This document shows positions 39,853 through 58,436 of a DNA stretch of 64,000 bases, piece after piece. Made by a program: the position numbers and the translations under genes. How positions within the stretch are numbered: position 1 is the stretch's first letter; every line of letters starts with the position of its first letter. This DNA is from Chrysomallon squamiferum (taxonomy: Eukaryota > Animalia > Mollusca): positions 41,044,001-41,108,000 of the forward strand of contig CM022665.1 in the NCBI GenBank assembly GCA_012295275.1, written 5' to 3'. A model generated the notes under the pieces. That model worked only from the letters and a program-made list of their open reading frames with translations, ran no database searches and was not told where the DNA came from.

Positions 39853-42800
39853 AGACAGATATAAAATATCAATATCAAGAATTACAAACTCCATGATAAA
39901 AATGTAAGTTGTATATTACCTGAAAAATGATTCCTGTAACAACCACTCTGAATTGCAGCAGCAGAAAGTAGGTTGTTGGATCAAACACAGACAGATTAAC
40001 AAACATGAGATTGTTGTACAGACAGTACAGAAATGCAGGGACAAAGTAGTAAAGCAATACTGAAAAAAAAAAAAAAAAAAAAAAATTACTGTTTTGAAAT
40101 TTATTCCAAGATTACTATTCAGATAAACTAAACACTACAGTTGGTTAAATCAAGTCAGTTTGTTATTGATATTATTACTCATATAATTTAAATCCAATAA
40201 TACAAAATACAAAGTACATTTCCAAATCCACTGTATTAATAATTACAAGCAAATGTATGTGCACCAGTCATTACAAAATCAACAAAAACACAACAACCTA
40301 TATATATATAATTAATAAATAAATAAAACATAAAATAAATAAATGAAAATAAAAAAGCAATAAAACTATGGTTTAAAGGTGATTTACAAGAAAAAATAAA
40401 ATATTTATAAATATTTCCAAGGCAACATCTATTAAAAAAATAATAAAAATAAAAACTGAAAACAAATAAAGTCTATAAAATAAATAAAAATAAATAAATA
40501 TTTTAAATTTCATAATAATGAAACTAGATTTCGCATTTTAATTAAATTGTATAATATGAAATATGTAAAGAATAACAGAATTATCAATGATTATCATTAT
40601 GTTGTAAGAAAAAATTCAAATGACTGTTTAGATGACAAACAGCATGATGATGAATTTCTCTGACCTAAAAAAAAAAAACTGCTGTAGAATTTTTAAAATG
40701 CATCTTGTATATTTCTGTTCATTGTTATTTTTAAAATTTTATCTTTTTTTATCTTTTTTTTTTTTTTAAATCTAAGAACAAAAGGTTTGCTAATAAAAAA
40801 TTATGACAGAAGTATAATAATTTTACTATTTTGTCTTTATAAAATACAGAAACACATACACCAAAAACAACATGCATTTCTTATATTCTGCATATACCTA
40901 TAAATGTTACTGAAACCTTAAAAACAGTAAAATTATATCATCATATTTACCTGTTTTATATTTGACAATATCTCCAACCAAATTAGGCAAACTGTGCCTG
41001 TATGAAAATATAAATTGTATACATAATTTTTTTTTAAACATTGCACATTTTTAATCAGAATAATAAAATGACATAAAATATTTATCATGAGGTTAACTGC
41101 ATCAGATAAAAGGAGTCTATAATATACAGCTGTACTGGATGACTGACTGTAGTAAATGATTCTTAACGTAATCCAGTCGTAATTTATTAACAGCTGTAAC
41201 CACTGGGGGAAATAAAGGAAACTGTATGGGTGATGTCAGGATTATTCATGAACATAATTCACTTTTACAATATCAGTGTGTCTGTTTGCCAATATTTTAT
41301 GTATTTGTTTACAAATGGATCATACTGCTTTAGTACGATGATACATACTCGTACATTATCTGATCATCTGTCTGCAGAATAAAATATATTTAAATATATG
41401 TTTGTAATATGTATGTGGCTGCATATGCATGTGGGTGTATTTTTATGGATGTATGTGTATGTAAATTATGTTTGCTTAAAAAAAAATTAAAATAAAATAA
41501 AACAAAAAAAACCCTTAAAAACTACACAATGGCCGTCCCAAGCAATTAAAATATTACACTTGTATTAATGAAGTCTAAAATGCCTTTGTTTTCAGTATAA
41601 AAACTACACCCAGAAATCTCAGCTTCTTAGTTAGCAAGTTCAAAGTTTATTGGGTGTTTTTTTTTTCTGGAATTGTTTCAGTTTACATTTTACACCAAAA
41701 ATCTCAGCTACTTAGTTACCAAGGGCAGAGGTTGTTGTTGTTTTTCTGAGATAATCTATGCACCACTGACTAATATTGTCCAGATTAATTGACAGTGCAG
41801 CAACACCTCAGTACACAGTGTAGTTAGTGGGTATTTATTCACAATGACAAGCAAGGTATCATTCAGCACTGTACAAAATGTACACCGATACAAAATGGGT
41901 TATGCAAGGATGGTTTCATGTACCCTCACACGAACATTTGCTCCTGCAGTTTGAGTACTCTTCTGTGGGTGTGTGTGTGTAGGTGTGTTTGTGTCTGTGT
42001 GTGTGTGTTTATATATATGTGTGTGTGTATTCTTTTTGTGTGTTATATATATGTATATGTGTGTGTATTGATTTTCTTATGTATATATATATGTATGTGT
42101 GTGTATGTTTGTGTGCTGTTTGTGTGTATATACATATATATCTGCATATACATATATGTATATGTGCACGAACATATGTAAAAATACATTTGCTCTCGCC
42201 ATCATATTACGCAAACAGTTACCCTGTTTACTTACATATGTCTGTATTTTGTTGAGAAATACAAAAAAGAAAAAAGACTAGAATAAATTACAAAAATTTT
42301 CAGACGAATTTGTAAATTATGTATACTAGGACACACCTGTGTATAATAATGTTCACATATAAATGATATATCCATACATACATGTACTAAGAAAAATATT
42401 TCACAACATCTGCTGCCAGTAGGTAAGCAGTGTTTGGATTCTTAAACAAAAAGTTTAGCTGTCTGGCAGTATGTAAACTAATACGTGTCATGCCTGTAAC
42501 TACACTGAGGCAAATGCCTCATACCAAAATTAAAGATTTTTCATTTTCTTTTTTTTTTAATTTTTTTTTTAATACAAAGATTTTATTTAAAAAATATAAA
42601 ATATAAATCTCTATTCCGATAGAAATGATATCATTTATGTCTATGGTTGTCATTTGGAGTCTACTGACATTGTTGCACTGAAAGACATAACTGACTTCAA
42701 AGACATTAGACAGTAAACAGCTGTTTCTGCCTCATTTGAAAAAGAGTCTAGTTATGGCCATGCATGTGTCTATTATGTGTCTACAGACAGAAACCTTTCA

Positions 42801-44970
42801 CTCAACAACAATTAAACCTAAAAAAAAAAAAAAAAAAAAAAAAAAATAGAGAAAAAAGAAATGGGATAGAGAAAGAAAAAAGTTTTTGTTTGCTAATAAA
42901 TATTATATTTTTTGCAAGTAATGCTTTTGAAAGTCTGGACCACTGTTATGTATATTCATAAAAGAAATAAATGAAGAATGTTAAAGAAAACTCAGTATTA
43001 AGATCTTTCATTGTCCAAAGACATTATTACATTAATAAAGAAATAAAAATAATAATAATAATAAAATAAAAAACATCTGTACCAAATTATATACTTTTTC
43101 TTACTTTTGATTTTCTTCTTTTTTTTCAATAAAAATATTATTATTTTGTTTTAATTGGGTAAGTATTTACTTTTGGCCGTGTTCCACTAACAAACAGTAT
43201 TTGATATTAACTAAATAAGGCTTTCTAACATCTGACACAAACTTTTTGATGTCCTAAAATACAACTTGTTTGTCGTATGAATAATTTCAATTCAAATTTC
43301 AATATGAGTGTCTAAATAGGTGTTTTTAAGAAAGAATAAATGTAATACATGTACAGATTTCTTGAGAGTCTTGCCCAAATCTTCAACTGATTATAATATG
43401 ATGTAAAAACACTTATATTATTAATATTGTTATTCATTATGGAATTTTGCCAATAGGAAAATTATAAAGTTATATACATGTGTACATTAGTGAATATCAA
43501 AATATTCTTTTATTAAATTTTTTTATTTTATATTTAAATTAATAATTGGCACTGATGTCAGTTAAGGAATATAAACATAATTTAAAAAACCAACAACAAT
43601 AAAATAGAAAAATTAAATAAAAAATTAAAATAAAAAATAAATAAGGAAGAAAACTAACAAGAGATTTAGTACGAATGCACTTACTCTCTAAGATATAATG
43701 TAGTTGCTGCTAGTAGTTTGATACATTCTGTCAACATCACCACTGTCACTGTGCTGTATTTATACTTGTTACTTGAAGTTTTAGACGCTGTTACTAATAT
43801 ACCTGAAACAACATTAAATGTAAAAATCATTTATTTCAATCTTTCAATGGTTTTTGAATATAATGGTTTTCTACATGCGTTTCAGTATATGTAGCTACAT
43901 ACACACACATTTTATATTACATGTATATACACATGCTTACACAGATACATACATATGCACACAAATACATACATACACACAATGTACCTAAACACACAGA
44001 AACACGCTGAAATACAAAATGACATATATGTGTAACCAACCATGCATGTGCAAATTATATATATAACAAACAAAAAAAGTAAAAATATAGTTTAAGGTAT
44101 ACAGTTCTCCATGCATGTCACTGATTCTGTTTAAAGTGAAGAACAAAACATACACCTGTAGGTATGTATTCTGAAAAAATTCACATACAGAACATATTTT
44201 TTTTATTTCCTTTTAGAAAATAAGTGATACATATATCTATGTGGATATATGAGAAATCAAGAAAATGTATTCTTAAGTATAAAAATGTATTCCTTATAAT
44301 TTACAAAAACTATCATACTAAAATAGATACAATAAAAGTTAAAAAATATAAAACTCACTTTTATGTTTTACATGTTTTATATATTTCTAAGTTACTGATC
44401 CATTATTGGCAATCAACAGTTGTTAATAATAAAGTGCATCAGTAAACATCATGATCTAACATGTAGACATATGTTGACAATTTTTTGTCCACAGAAATAT
44501 AAAAAAATCTTCTTACAGACTGAGTGAGCCATTGAAAAGTAGAAATAATCTCAGATTATCAAAGATTTCTAAATACTACTCTCTATGAAAATTTACCAGG
44601 GGAGAAAGAAAAAAATGACTGTGTAGATGTTTGTTATTTTATTATAATCAGAAACTGATCACCAAAACAAAACAAAAAATGCATCATTTTGAATGTTTTT
44701 TGAATATCTGTTCATATTACTGAATGTACATTTTAACTGCATTTGCATGTTTACTATGATACTTTAATTGCCTGTGTATCATATGATGTCTCATGATAAA
44801 CCATTCTGTAACAGCTTTAAAAATGTCAGCATAAATGGCAGTTTAGATGCAGCCTTGACTGAAATTCTTGTACAAACAGTTTCAATATGCAGAACTGAAC
44901 TTCCAGGTTGTATGTTAAAATAATAATTAAAAAAAATATATATATAAAAATTAATGTGTATATGTGTATG

Positions 44971-45009
<39 letters not shown>

Positions 45010-46738
45010 GTAGTCTTGTTTTAAAACATGTTATCACTTCTACAGTTTCTAAGATTAATCATATATATCAACCTTAAATAAGACATGTTCCCATAAATAG
45101 AAAATTGCTATAAAACTGATTGGAATTTTTAAAATATTTGCAAAAGCTTTCAACATGCAAATTTACATTTGACAATAAAACCAAAAATATATCGTTATAT
45201 ATTATAAGACTTTTATAATGCATCAGATCCATAAAAAAAAAAAAAAAAAAGGAGTTCTTATGAAATACAGTGTTAAAAAAGACATAATATGTAATTCATA
45301 GTCATAGAAAATTTCTTGGAAACTTTGCTGAACACATTCCACAAAATGATAAAACTTTTAAACATCTAAATACTAAATAGAATATTGTCTAATTATTGTT
45401 ATGATATGTCTTATTAACTAACCAGTATTAAAAAGAAAAAGCATCACCAAATTATATTTCTTGTATGTGTACAGATATTAATTTCTAATTAGTCTATTAC
45501 TAGACATTTCAGCCTTACTTATAGTGTGACTATACATACTAATTCTCTAAATTTTTTTTAAAATTTATACTGGAATGTACAGGGATCAGACCATTTACCC
45601 AGCTTCACAAAAATTGGAATTTGAATAAAATCAGATTTAGAAATGAATGAATTGATATATATATATATATATATCAGAATCATGTACCCTTTACATGGAC
45701 ATTTTTACAGAGAAGAATGCAAAATGCCATGCTATCTGAGCTCTGGTTATATCAGAAAAACAGCTCAACTAGAGCACTTAAGATATAGATCATGTGACCA
45801 GTCATGCTTCGAACCAGCAATCTACAGCTTAACAATAGCAGCCTCTTGCTCAAAGTAACAGACACATTCTACATATTCTATATATTATATATAGTATATT
45901 GTTTAAACAGTTCTCAAGCTGTCTTTTATTGATTATATGTAGAATATACTAATAATTCTCTGTTTACAAGTTTCACTATCAAGCCCTGCTATAACATTTT
46001 TTTTTTTTTAAACGTATGAGATTAAACATTTAAAAGCTTCCAAAAACATATAATTAAAATGCTATATTAATCATTTTAAAAATATAGTATAAATATTTTA
46101 AATAAATATAAAAATTGATATGAAGAGCTGGAGCTTTATGGAGCTTCCATATCTTGAGGTTTTGGTAGTATTTTATAACTTGTTTTAAACCTGCAATAAC
46201 ATAGTTAAGTAAATTTACTGATTAATTTTTGTTCTACTCTAACATCATATATACTTCATTATAATTAAGTTGAGAATGTACATCAGTCTATTAGTATATA
46301 AGTGTAGATCCTGAATTTAAATCATTATTATTATTATTATTATTTTTAAATGTCTACCTCTGAAACCTATACACGTCTGTGTATTTCTGCCGTGTTAAGT
46401 TTATTTTGTCAGCCCTACATTTTCACACACACACAATGAATTAGTTACTAAATAACAATAAATAAAGTAACTGTATATGCATCTACTTCACTCACATGTG
46501 TTTTGTATTCGATTTTTAAAAATAAAATTATGTGTTCTGTCAGTATGACTCTGAGTGTAAAAAAAAACAAAATTTCTTGGTTACTAACTTACTAGCTCGA
46601 TTAAACACAGCCCGAATTTTATAATGCGATCTGCTTATATTATTGTATCTTACCTTGACTAATAAAAAGTCCCATATATGATATAAATACCACAAAGCTC
46701 AATTTCGTGGGAAATAAGTCTGCTGAAAATACCCCCAT
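38527..46738 (-). CDS. senju: Nucleotide-sugar transporter, UDP-galactose transporter senju-like (SLC35A family), complete, 357 aa; exons 46738-46654, 43802-43685, 40997-40951, 40059-39920, 39210-38527
   Basis: Five GT-AG exons in consistent phase (1074 nt). LFPTKLSFVVFISYMGLFISQGILVTAS, TVVMLTECIKL, VPAFLYCLYNNL, FDPTTYFLLLQFRVVVTG, SCFAGVYNEYLLKDKG and LNSILKTFASALELLFTA closely follow Drosophila senju as I recall it; multiple hydrophobic TM segments. Confidence 0.92.
39920..40059 (-). CDS. senju: senju-like exon 4 (LLYYFVPAFLYCLYNNL...TGIIFQ)
   Basis: poly-T/cag acceptor, CAG|gtaata donor; SLC35A signature VPAFLY..YNNL. Confidence 0.93.
40951..40997 (-). CDS. senju: senju-like 47-nt exon 3 (EHSLPNLVGDIVKYKTV)
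   Basis: ttttcatacag| acceptor, G|gtaaat donor; bridges phase 2 to phase 1. Confidence 0.85.
43685..43802 (-). CDS. senju: senju-like exon 2 (ILVTASKTSSNKYKYSTVTVVMLTECIKLL...)
   Basis: tttcag| acceptor, GA|gtaagt donor. Confidence 0.9.
45700..45865 (-). mobile_element. Possible decayed tRNA-derived SINE head
   Basis: B-box-like GGTTCGAAGC on the minus strand near 45806-45815 within a GC-richer intronic patch; A box not clear. Confidence 0.25.
46654..46738 (-). CDS. senju: senju-like first coding exon (MGVFSADLFPTKLSFVVFISYMGLFISQ)
   Basis: ATG at 46738, donor CAAG|gtaaga. Confidence 0.9.
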
Positions 46739-46900
46739 GATTCCAAACCTGTCAGTTTCGTTTCTGGGTATACAACCTCTGGTACAAACATATACAGAGA
46801 GTTATCCGAAAGTACGCGAAATATTCCGAATGATTTTACTTGTATTGTGTAAATTCCACCTTCTAATCTAAGCGTCGTAATCGTACAGAGTGAGTAATAG
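46739..46900 (-). promoter_or_regulatory. Probable promoter/5' leader of the senju-like gene
   Basis: Local CpG retention immediately upstream of the ATG, including E2F-like TTTCGCG on the minus strand near 46815-46821; TSS not determinable. Confidence 0.5.
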
Positions 46901-49900
46901 GTCAGGTTTATACCAGTAATAAATAAATAAGAGAAAAATATAATTCATTCATTCATTCATTCATTCATTCATTAATGAAAATTAATATTAATTCATAGCC
47001 TTGAGTTTAAAGAAAAAAGAGATGAAAACGTGTGTTATATAATGACATCGTGACCTAGATGTCATTATGCAACACATGTTTAACTAATTTACAATTTACA
47101 ATTTAAAAATGAAAATATTTGTATTTCTGTTTATAATTAGCATCAAAAAAGTATTGCATTAAGTAATTTATTCTAAAACCTAATTACTTTAGCTTTCAAT
47201 GGTATATTCTACATTATATTTAAAACTGATAATTTTGTGGCTTAATGCTTTAACCTAAATATAGAATCCATTACATTTATCTGTAATACTGCATGATTTT
47301 TTTTAGTAATATGCACATTTTTATGGGAAGAGTTTATAATTACCTAATATAACCAAGTTCAACACTTTATTATTAGCAGAAAAATATAATTATTTCTATG
47401 CTTTTTAAATACATAAATAAGAGGTTTACCAAGAGATAATTAAAATAATTTTAGTTAGAAATGATAGTAAACATATAAACATCAAATTATTTTTCTTGAG
47501 ATGACCTTTATTGAAATTTAATCTCCCACATGTTAACTAAAACATATAAAAGTTTCAGAGGTGTAACCTTTTTTGTTTAGCAATAATATAGATTTAAAAA
47601 ATGCATATGAGCACACATGATTGATACAATGCATTGCAATGTACATTTTCTACATGTTTAGACTTCTCTGAGAGCAACAACTCATCTTTGGAGTCAAAAT
47701 CGACCTGACATGTCTGAAGGAATGCCTGAAGGATATGAAAAGATGCCAAATGGCATGACATGTTCTACACTATCAGAGGGTTAACAGGAAGTGTGGCTTC
47801 AGGCATGTCAGGAACGCCTTGAAATCCCCTGATGAAATCCCCATTGAGCACATGGCAGAAGTTTCTACTACTAATTCTTCTACTACTCTGTCTATTCCCA
47901 CTACCTTTTGTTCCTAACTATTTCTACTTATACTACATCTTCTTCTATTGACACTATTATCAGTGATGCTACAACATTCGGTACTAGTAGTTACATCTGG
48001 TACTGCTATTACTATTATAACTACCACTTGGCTCCTGTTATTACCAGCACCTCCACTACTACGTCTACTACTACTATGTAATACCACTGGTATTACTTCT
48101 ACCACCACCAGTACTTCTACCATTACTACTGTTAATAATGGTGCTATTACTACTTTTATTATTAGAACAACTACTACTGTTATCATCATCACCACTACTG
48201 CTACTTTTATTATCACAAATACTGTTACTACCTCTCTATTATTTCCAACATCACCATTACATCAACAACTAATAGCTATTTCTTATTTTGCTACTTCTGC
48301 TGACATTACTTATCCTACTACTAGCACTATAACTGAACACAGCAACATAATTTTTATAATGGTTGTATATTTAAAATCGGCATAATCCAATCTGATAAAA
48401 CTAGCTGTTAATGATTGTCATCTGTGTCATTTTGGAAACATGCTTACTTGGTTATCGATTCAAGAAGGGTTGATGTTACTGATGACCCCAAGAGATAACT
48501 TTTTCAATTATTTTGAAATACAGACATGTATTTATCCTTGAAGACCATACACAATCAACTATTTGTTAAAAAAACAACAAAAAAAACCCACTGTGTATCT
48601 TAACCAAAATATTCAATAGATCACTTATCTTCATCTTCAGGAAACATATCATATAACTTCAATAATGGGTATGTCTTCCTCTTCCCTTTGTAAACCATTT
48701 CACCTTTCATTGTAAAAGAAAGAATATTTCAAATGACTGTTTAAATTAATATATAACCCTACCATGTTTTCAGTAAAAAAGGTGAATTCACTAATACCAA
48801 ATGATATTCTGGAAATTATTAGTTAAACTTTGGTATCGAAAGTTTATTTCATAAGAAAAACAGCCATGGGATTTCAAATACACTGTCATATAATCTGTTA
48901 CTTAAACACAAATACCAAGAATATAATATTAAAATACAGTAATTAAAATGGAGCATTACCAAAATGGAAATAGAATTCAAAGACACTAGTTAATATTCAA
49001 GTAAGATGTGATAATGCTTAATTGTAAATGAAAATTAACACATAATATCTATAACATATTTTATTCAATATAATTAAGGTACAGTAGTGATTTATAAATC
49101 AGTAAATTTTCATATTCTTCTAATTTTAAAAATGCTTTTAATTTTTTCTTTTATGACAGCTGATATTTTTAATTTTAATTTTTTTCTGAAATATTGGTAT
49201 AAAAATAAATATAAAATATGAAAATATATTTAAATCTATAAAACAAATTAACAATGATAAAATATAAATATACCCTTATTTCGAATGTGTATATTTACTG
49301 ATAGGTTAACAGATGTCTCTATTTAAATCATACAAAATGATACACACCACACACACACGCATGTAGTAGTTTTATCATGCTATATTCTATTCAGCAATAA
49401 AATCAGTGGGTTACATCAGATATATTTAATGAAAAACAAAACAATCAATAATATGAGTCAAACTATAAAAATTCAAAGAAAATAATGAGAAGAAAAAAGA
49501 CAAAAGAAAGAAAAAAGAAAAAAAAAGAAAAAGAAAAAAAAGGTTCTCAGAATAAATGAAAGAAAATAATGAAATAATAAACAGTTACGCTTGGATTCAT
49601 ATTAAATATTTAACAACTTAAAAACCTAATAAAAAAAAAAAAAAAAAGTACCCATAATTCTAATTAAAATATTTAAGGAATCTGAAAATACTATGATCAA
49701 GAAATGAAGTAATACCATAATAATAAATGTGAGCATTTTTACATTGATTATGGGGATTCAAAATGTTTGACAATGTACTTAATATAAATAACAAAATGAA
49801 CAATGCAATAATGAATATATTTCTATAACAAATTAACAAAAGGATACACTATGCAGAAAACATAATATGAATGAAGATCTCAATTTAAATAATAGCTGCA

Positions 49901-51053
49901 TATTTCATAGAAATCATCACATTATTTAAATATCTTGCAAATTAATGCAAAATGGAAAATTTATCTTAAGAAAAAAGACAAAAAAGGACATTGATTGAAA
50001 ATTGATATTAAAAAAATACCTTCATTGGATAGTAATTTGTCATCACAAAAGGATTATAATAAAATAAACAATGTTTTCATATTTTGCTGGAAGACAGTTT
50101 AATTAAAAATTTTGGATACAATTTATTATTAAAATATTCGTCAACAATTTTTTTTAATTTTTTTTTTTATATATATATATATCTAGATAAACACAGAATT
50201 TGGCAAGGATATAAAGTAGCACTCTTTAATATTTCTTAAATTTGGTTTATATCAAGCATATATAAACTACCTGATTATTGAACTATTTCTTTAGGTGTTA
50301 ATCTGGTGATCTGAAAATTAAAATAAAATAAAAAATTCGAAAGAAATATTATTTTTGTATTTGGAGAAGAGTTTTTGCAAATAATATTGGTTTGGAACAA
50401 AAATTTGTAACTTTTTTCAGTAGGTGGCATATGAGCATTTGAGTTTGTTTCACATGTGACTGAAATATAAGTCATAAACACACATATTCTGAAAGGTGGA
50501 ATAAATGATGTGCATGTGGTTGCATAAATTTATGTACCAATATGTAAATATTGCCTTTGAACTTTTGTTCCTACCCAATACAACTTCCAGACAATTTGTG
50601 GTTTTCTTTTCCAAGGCAGAAATATGAAAAAAAATAAATAAAGAAATAAAAAATAAAGAAATCCCACCAATATACTGATAGTTACATCAACATTATCAGT
50701 GATTTACATGTTCTCAATTTATGTCTTCAGTGAAAGAAAATACATCAGGATTTGTCAACATGATTTAAATTTTTTAAATTTTTTTTTAGAAAAGATATAA
50801 CACCAAATGAACATTAAGAAACACAGCAAACCTGTTACATCACTAATATACTCTCCAGAAATAAATAAAACAGTAATGTTACAAACTATATAAAATTTCA
50901 TTAGGCCATTTGCTTATCTTTAGTGTATTCTCTTTCTCAGTATATTATATACTTAAGAAATAAATACAACAATTATTTTAATAAAAATTATGCAAAAGTT
51001 CATAGGGTTATTTCTTAGCAACATCTTTTGTGTGCTTTCTTTTAAGTTAATTA

Positions 51054-56145
<5,092 letters not shown>

Positions 56146-56722
56146 CTAGAATTGGTAAACAACACTATTAAGATTTTACATCTGATGGGTTGTCTTGTCT
56201 TGGAAACTCAAAAGGTTGGAATGTTAACTTATTGATATGTATGCCCAAAGAATAAATTGATATTATCTACAATGTGTATGACAGTGAATGAAAGCACAGG
56301 TAAACCAGAAACTACCTAAATGAAATAAAAAAAAAAGTTTTTTAATTTGTAATTTGACAAAATTACCATACTAGTTTATTGTAAACATTTTACTATTCCT
56401 TTTATGTCGTATGGTTACTTGAAGAAAAGAAGAAAAAAAAAAGGCATGAGGAATTTAGGTGATTTTCTGTTTTGTCTCCGTATATAACAATATTATCAAA
56501 ATGATAGTAATAATAAAAATAAAACAATTAAAAATAGTAATAACTAAAAACAAATAATAAATAAATAAACAATAAAATGAATTATAAAATAAATTGGATT
56601 CATGATTTACATAAATCCATTAAAATATATTACATTTTTCAAATGAAATTAATTAACAATGAAATCATAACAATTATTAGAAATATTACTTTAGAAAGCA
56701 TGATCATAAAACAAAGCATTAC

Positions 56723-57193
56723 CTTGGAAACTTTACTAAACCTTAACTTCTAACTCTAAGTGTCGGTGTAAAAGTAATACAAAAATCACACCATCACATC
56801 ACATGACACTTGTACACAACATACTGGATATAATATACGTGATCAGGTATTGGTATTATAAATAATGATGTAAAAAATTAAGGTGTTATTTTTGGGTTTG
56901 AATGACACTGACAGTTATTAGAAATAGGAAATAAAAATCATTAGGGAAGCCTATTCGATATTTCATAGGCCTATCTATTTCAGAAATGTATTGAATGTGA
57001 CAAAACTTTTACTTATTAACATATAAAACGATACAAAAGTTTTCCTGAATACTTATTGTTTACAATTCCGAATGCAAAATCATGGGTATTGTAAAATTAG
57101 AAATAGTGATGGAAATAGGAGCTATATTTCAATAACGCTAAAAAGTAAAGAAAGGTTGTTGTTACATTTGATATTACAAATAAAGATTATTAG

Positions 57194-57227
<34 letters not shown>

Positions 57228-57610
57228 AAAAAAGAATCAATTAAAGAAAATAAAAATTAAATTAAAAAATCCTTGATGTGGAGACTTAAATCTAGTATTA
57301 TTTTGATGACGTCACTTAGTTTCAACTTTGAAAAAAAACGTTTTTTTTATGATGTATTAGGTTACCAGCTTACAAACCGTTGGCAGGGGTTTCTTTTTTT
57401 CTCTTGATTGTATATTGTAGAATTGTCTGAAATAATAATTGCATATTACTTACATACTTTAATGATGCAAAAAGGAGTGATAAACTGAAACAACGGAGGC
57501 AAAACAAGTTTTATTGCTTCAACTACAATCCTGTTTCGAATAAAGTAGGATATAAAAGGTTCGTTGTACGAACAGGAAGTGATTGTTTAGCGTCATTGGT
57601 AGCTTGGGTA
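56723..57610. promoter_or_regulatory. Divergent promoter region between the PLD3-like and consortin-like genes
   Basis: Head-to-head genes whose first coding exons both begin at or after acceptors. Candidate donors at 56723 (-, AAG|gtaatg), 57454 (-, |gtaagt) and about 57607 (+, |gtaatc). Motifs: M-box GTCATGTGA 56799-56807, CRE TGACGTCA 57307-57314, ETS CAGGAAGT 57573-57580. Confidence 0.55.
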
Positions 57611-58436
57611 ATCAAAAGTGGTTCATTTATAAAAATAAAAAAGTATTAATAATTAAATTAGTATACTTATTATTTCATACATGCTTTACATACAGTATTT
57701 GAAAAACGAAATATATCGATTTTTAATATAAATGTATGAAATAGATTCACTTTCTGGAATCGTTGTTTATCGTTATCAAATTATAACTAATTAGTAATGT
57801 AACTTGTAAGTGATTCCTCTGAATCCTGTTATGCTTACTCAGTACTTACTGAACTTAAATCTAAACGATAGGCAATATTTCAGAATGCATAGTTGTAATC
57901 AGCTTTTCATTATATCGGACAATTATAAAATACAGATAAATTTACATAAATTATCTGTTTGTAGCCAGATGAAAATTATATTCAAATATTGATTGTGATA
58001 TTTTTGCATTAATTACTTAATTGTACAGAACAAAGCATATGAGCCATACCACCCAAAATACTTAAAGAATTCAACCTTAATTGTAAATAATAATAAAAAT
58101 AATATAATTACAAGGTTTAATTATTTTATTACAGTTCACAGATTGAACCCATACCTTTGTGGTTAAATATTCAGTGATTTTTCCTTTTTTTTTTTTTTTT
58201 TTCAGTATGTTTTATTTGCCTTTCAGTAAAATGTAGCAATACTTTTGGTAATTTCAACATTAAAACATAAATGATTGATTTTAAAATGATTCTGATTAGG
58301 TTACTAAAACTTTATAATAATTTTAAAAGGGAGAATAAATGTTTAGCTTTATTTCAGCACAGAATATACAGACACAGACACTAAATGTAAAATTTAATTT
58401 TAGTTACACATTACTTGGTTTAATTGGCATATACTG

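Noticed and set aside
47914-48385. Thr-rich mucin-like and Val-rich ORFs
   Set aside because: Degenerate (TAC)n microsatellite, the same type as the tracts at 11.7-12.2 kb and 15.2-15.7 kb.
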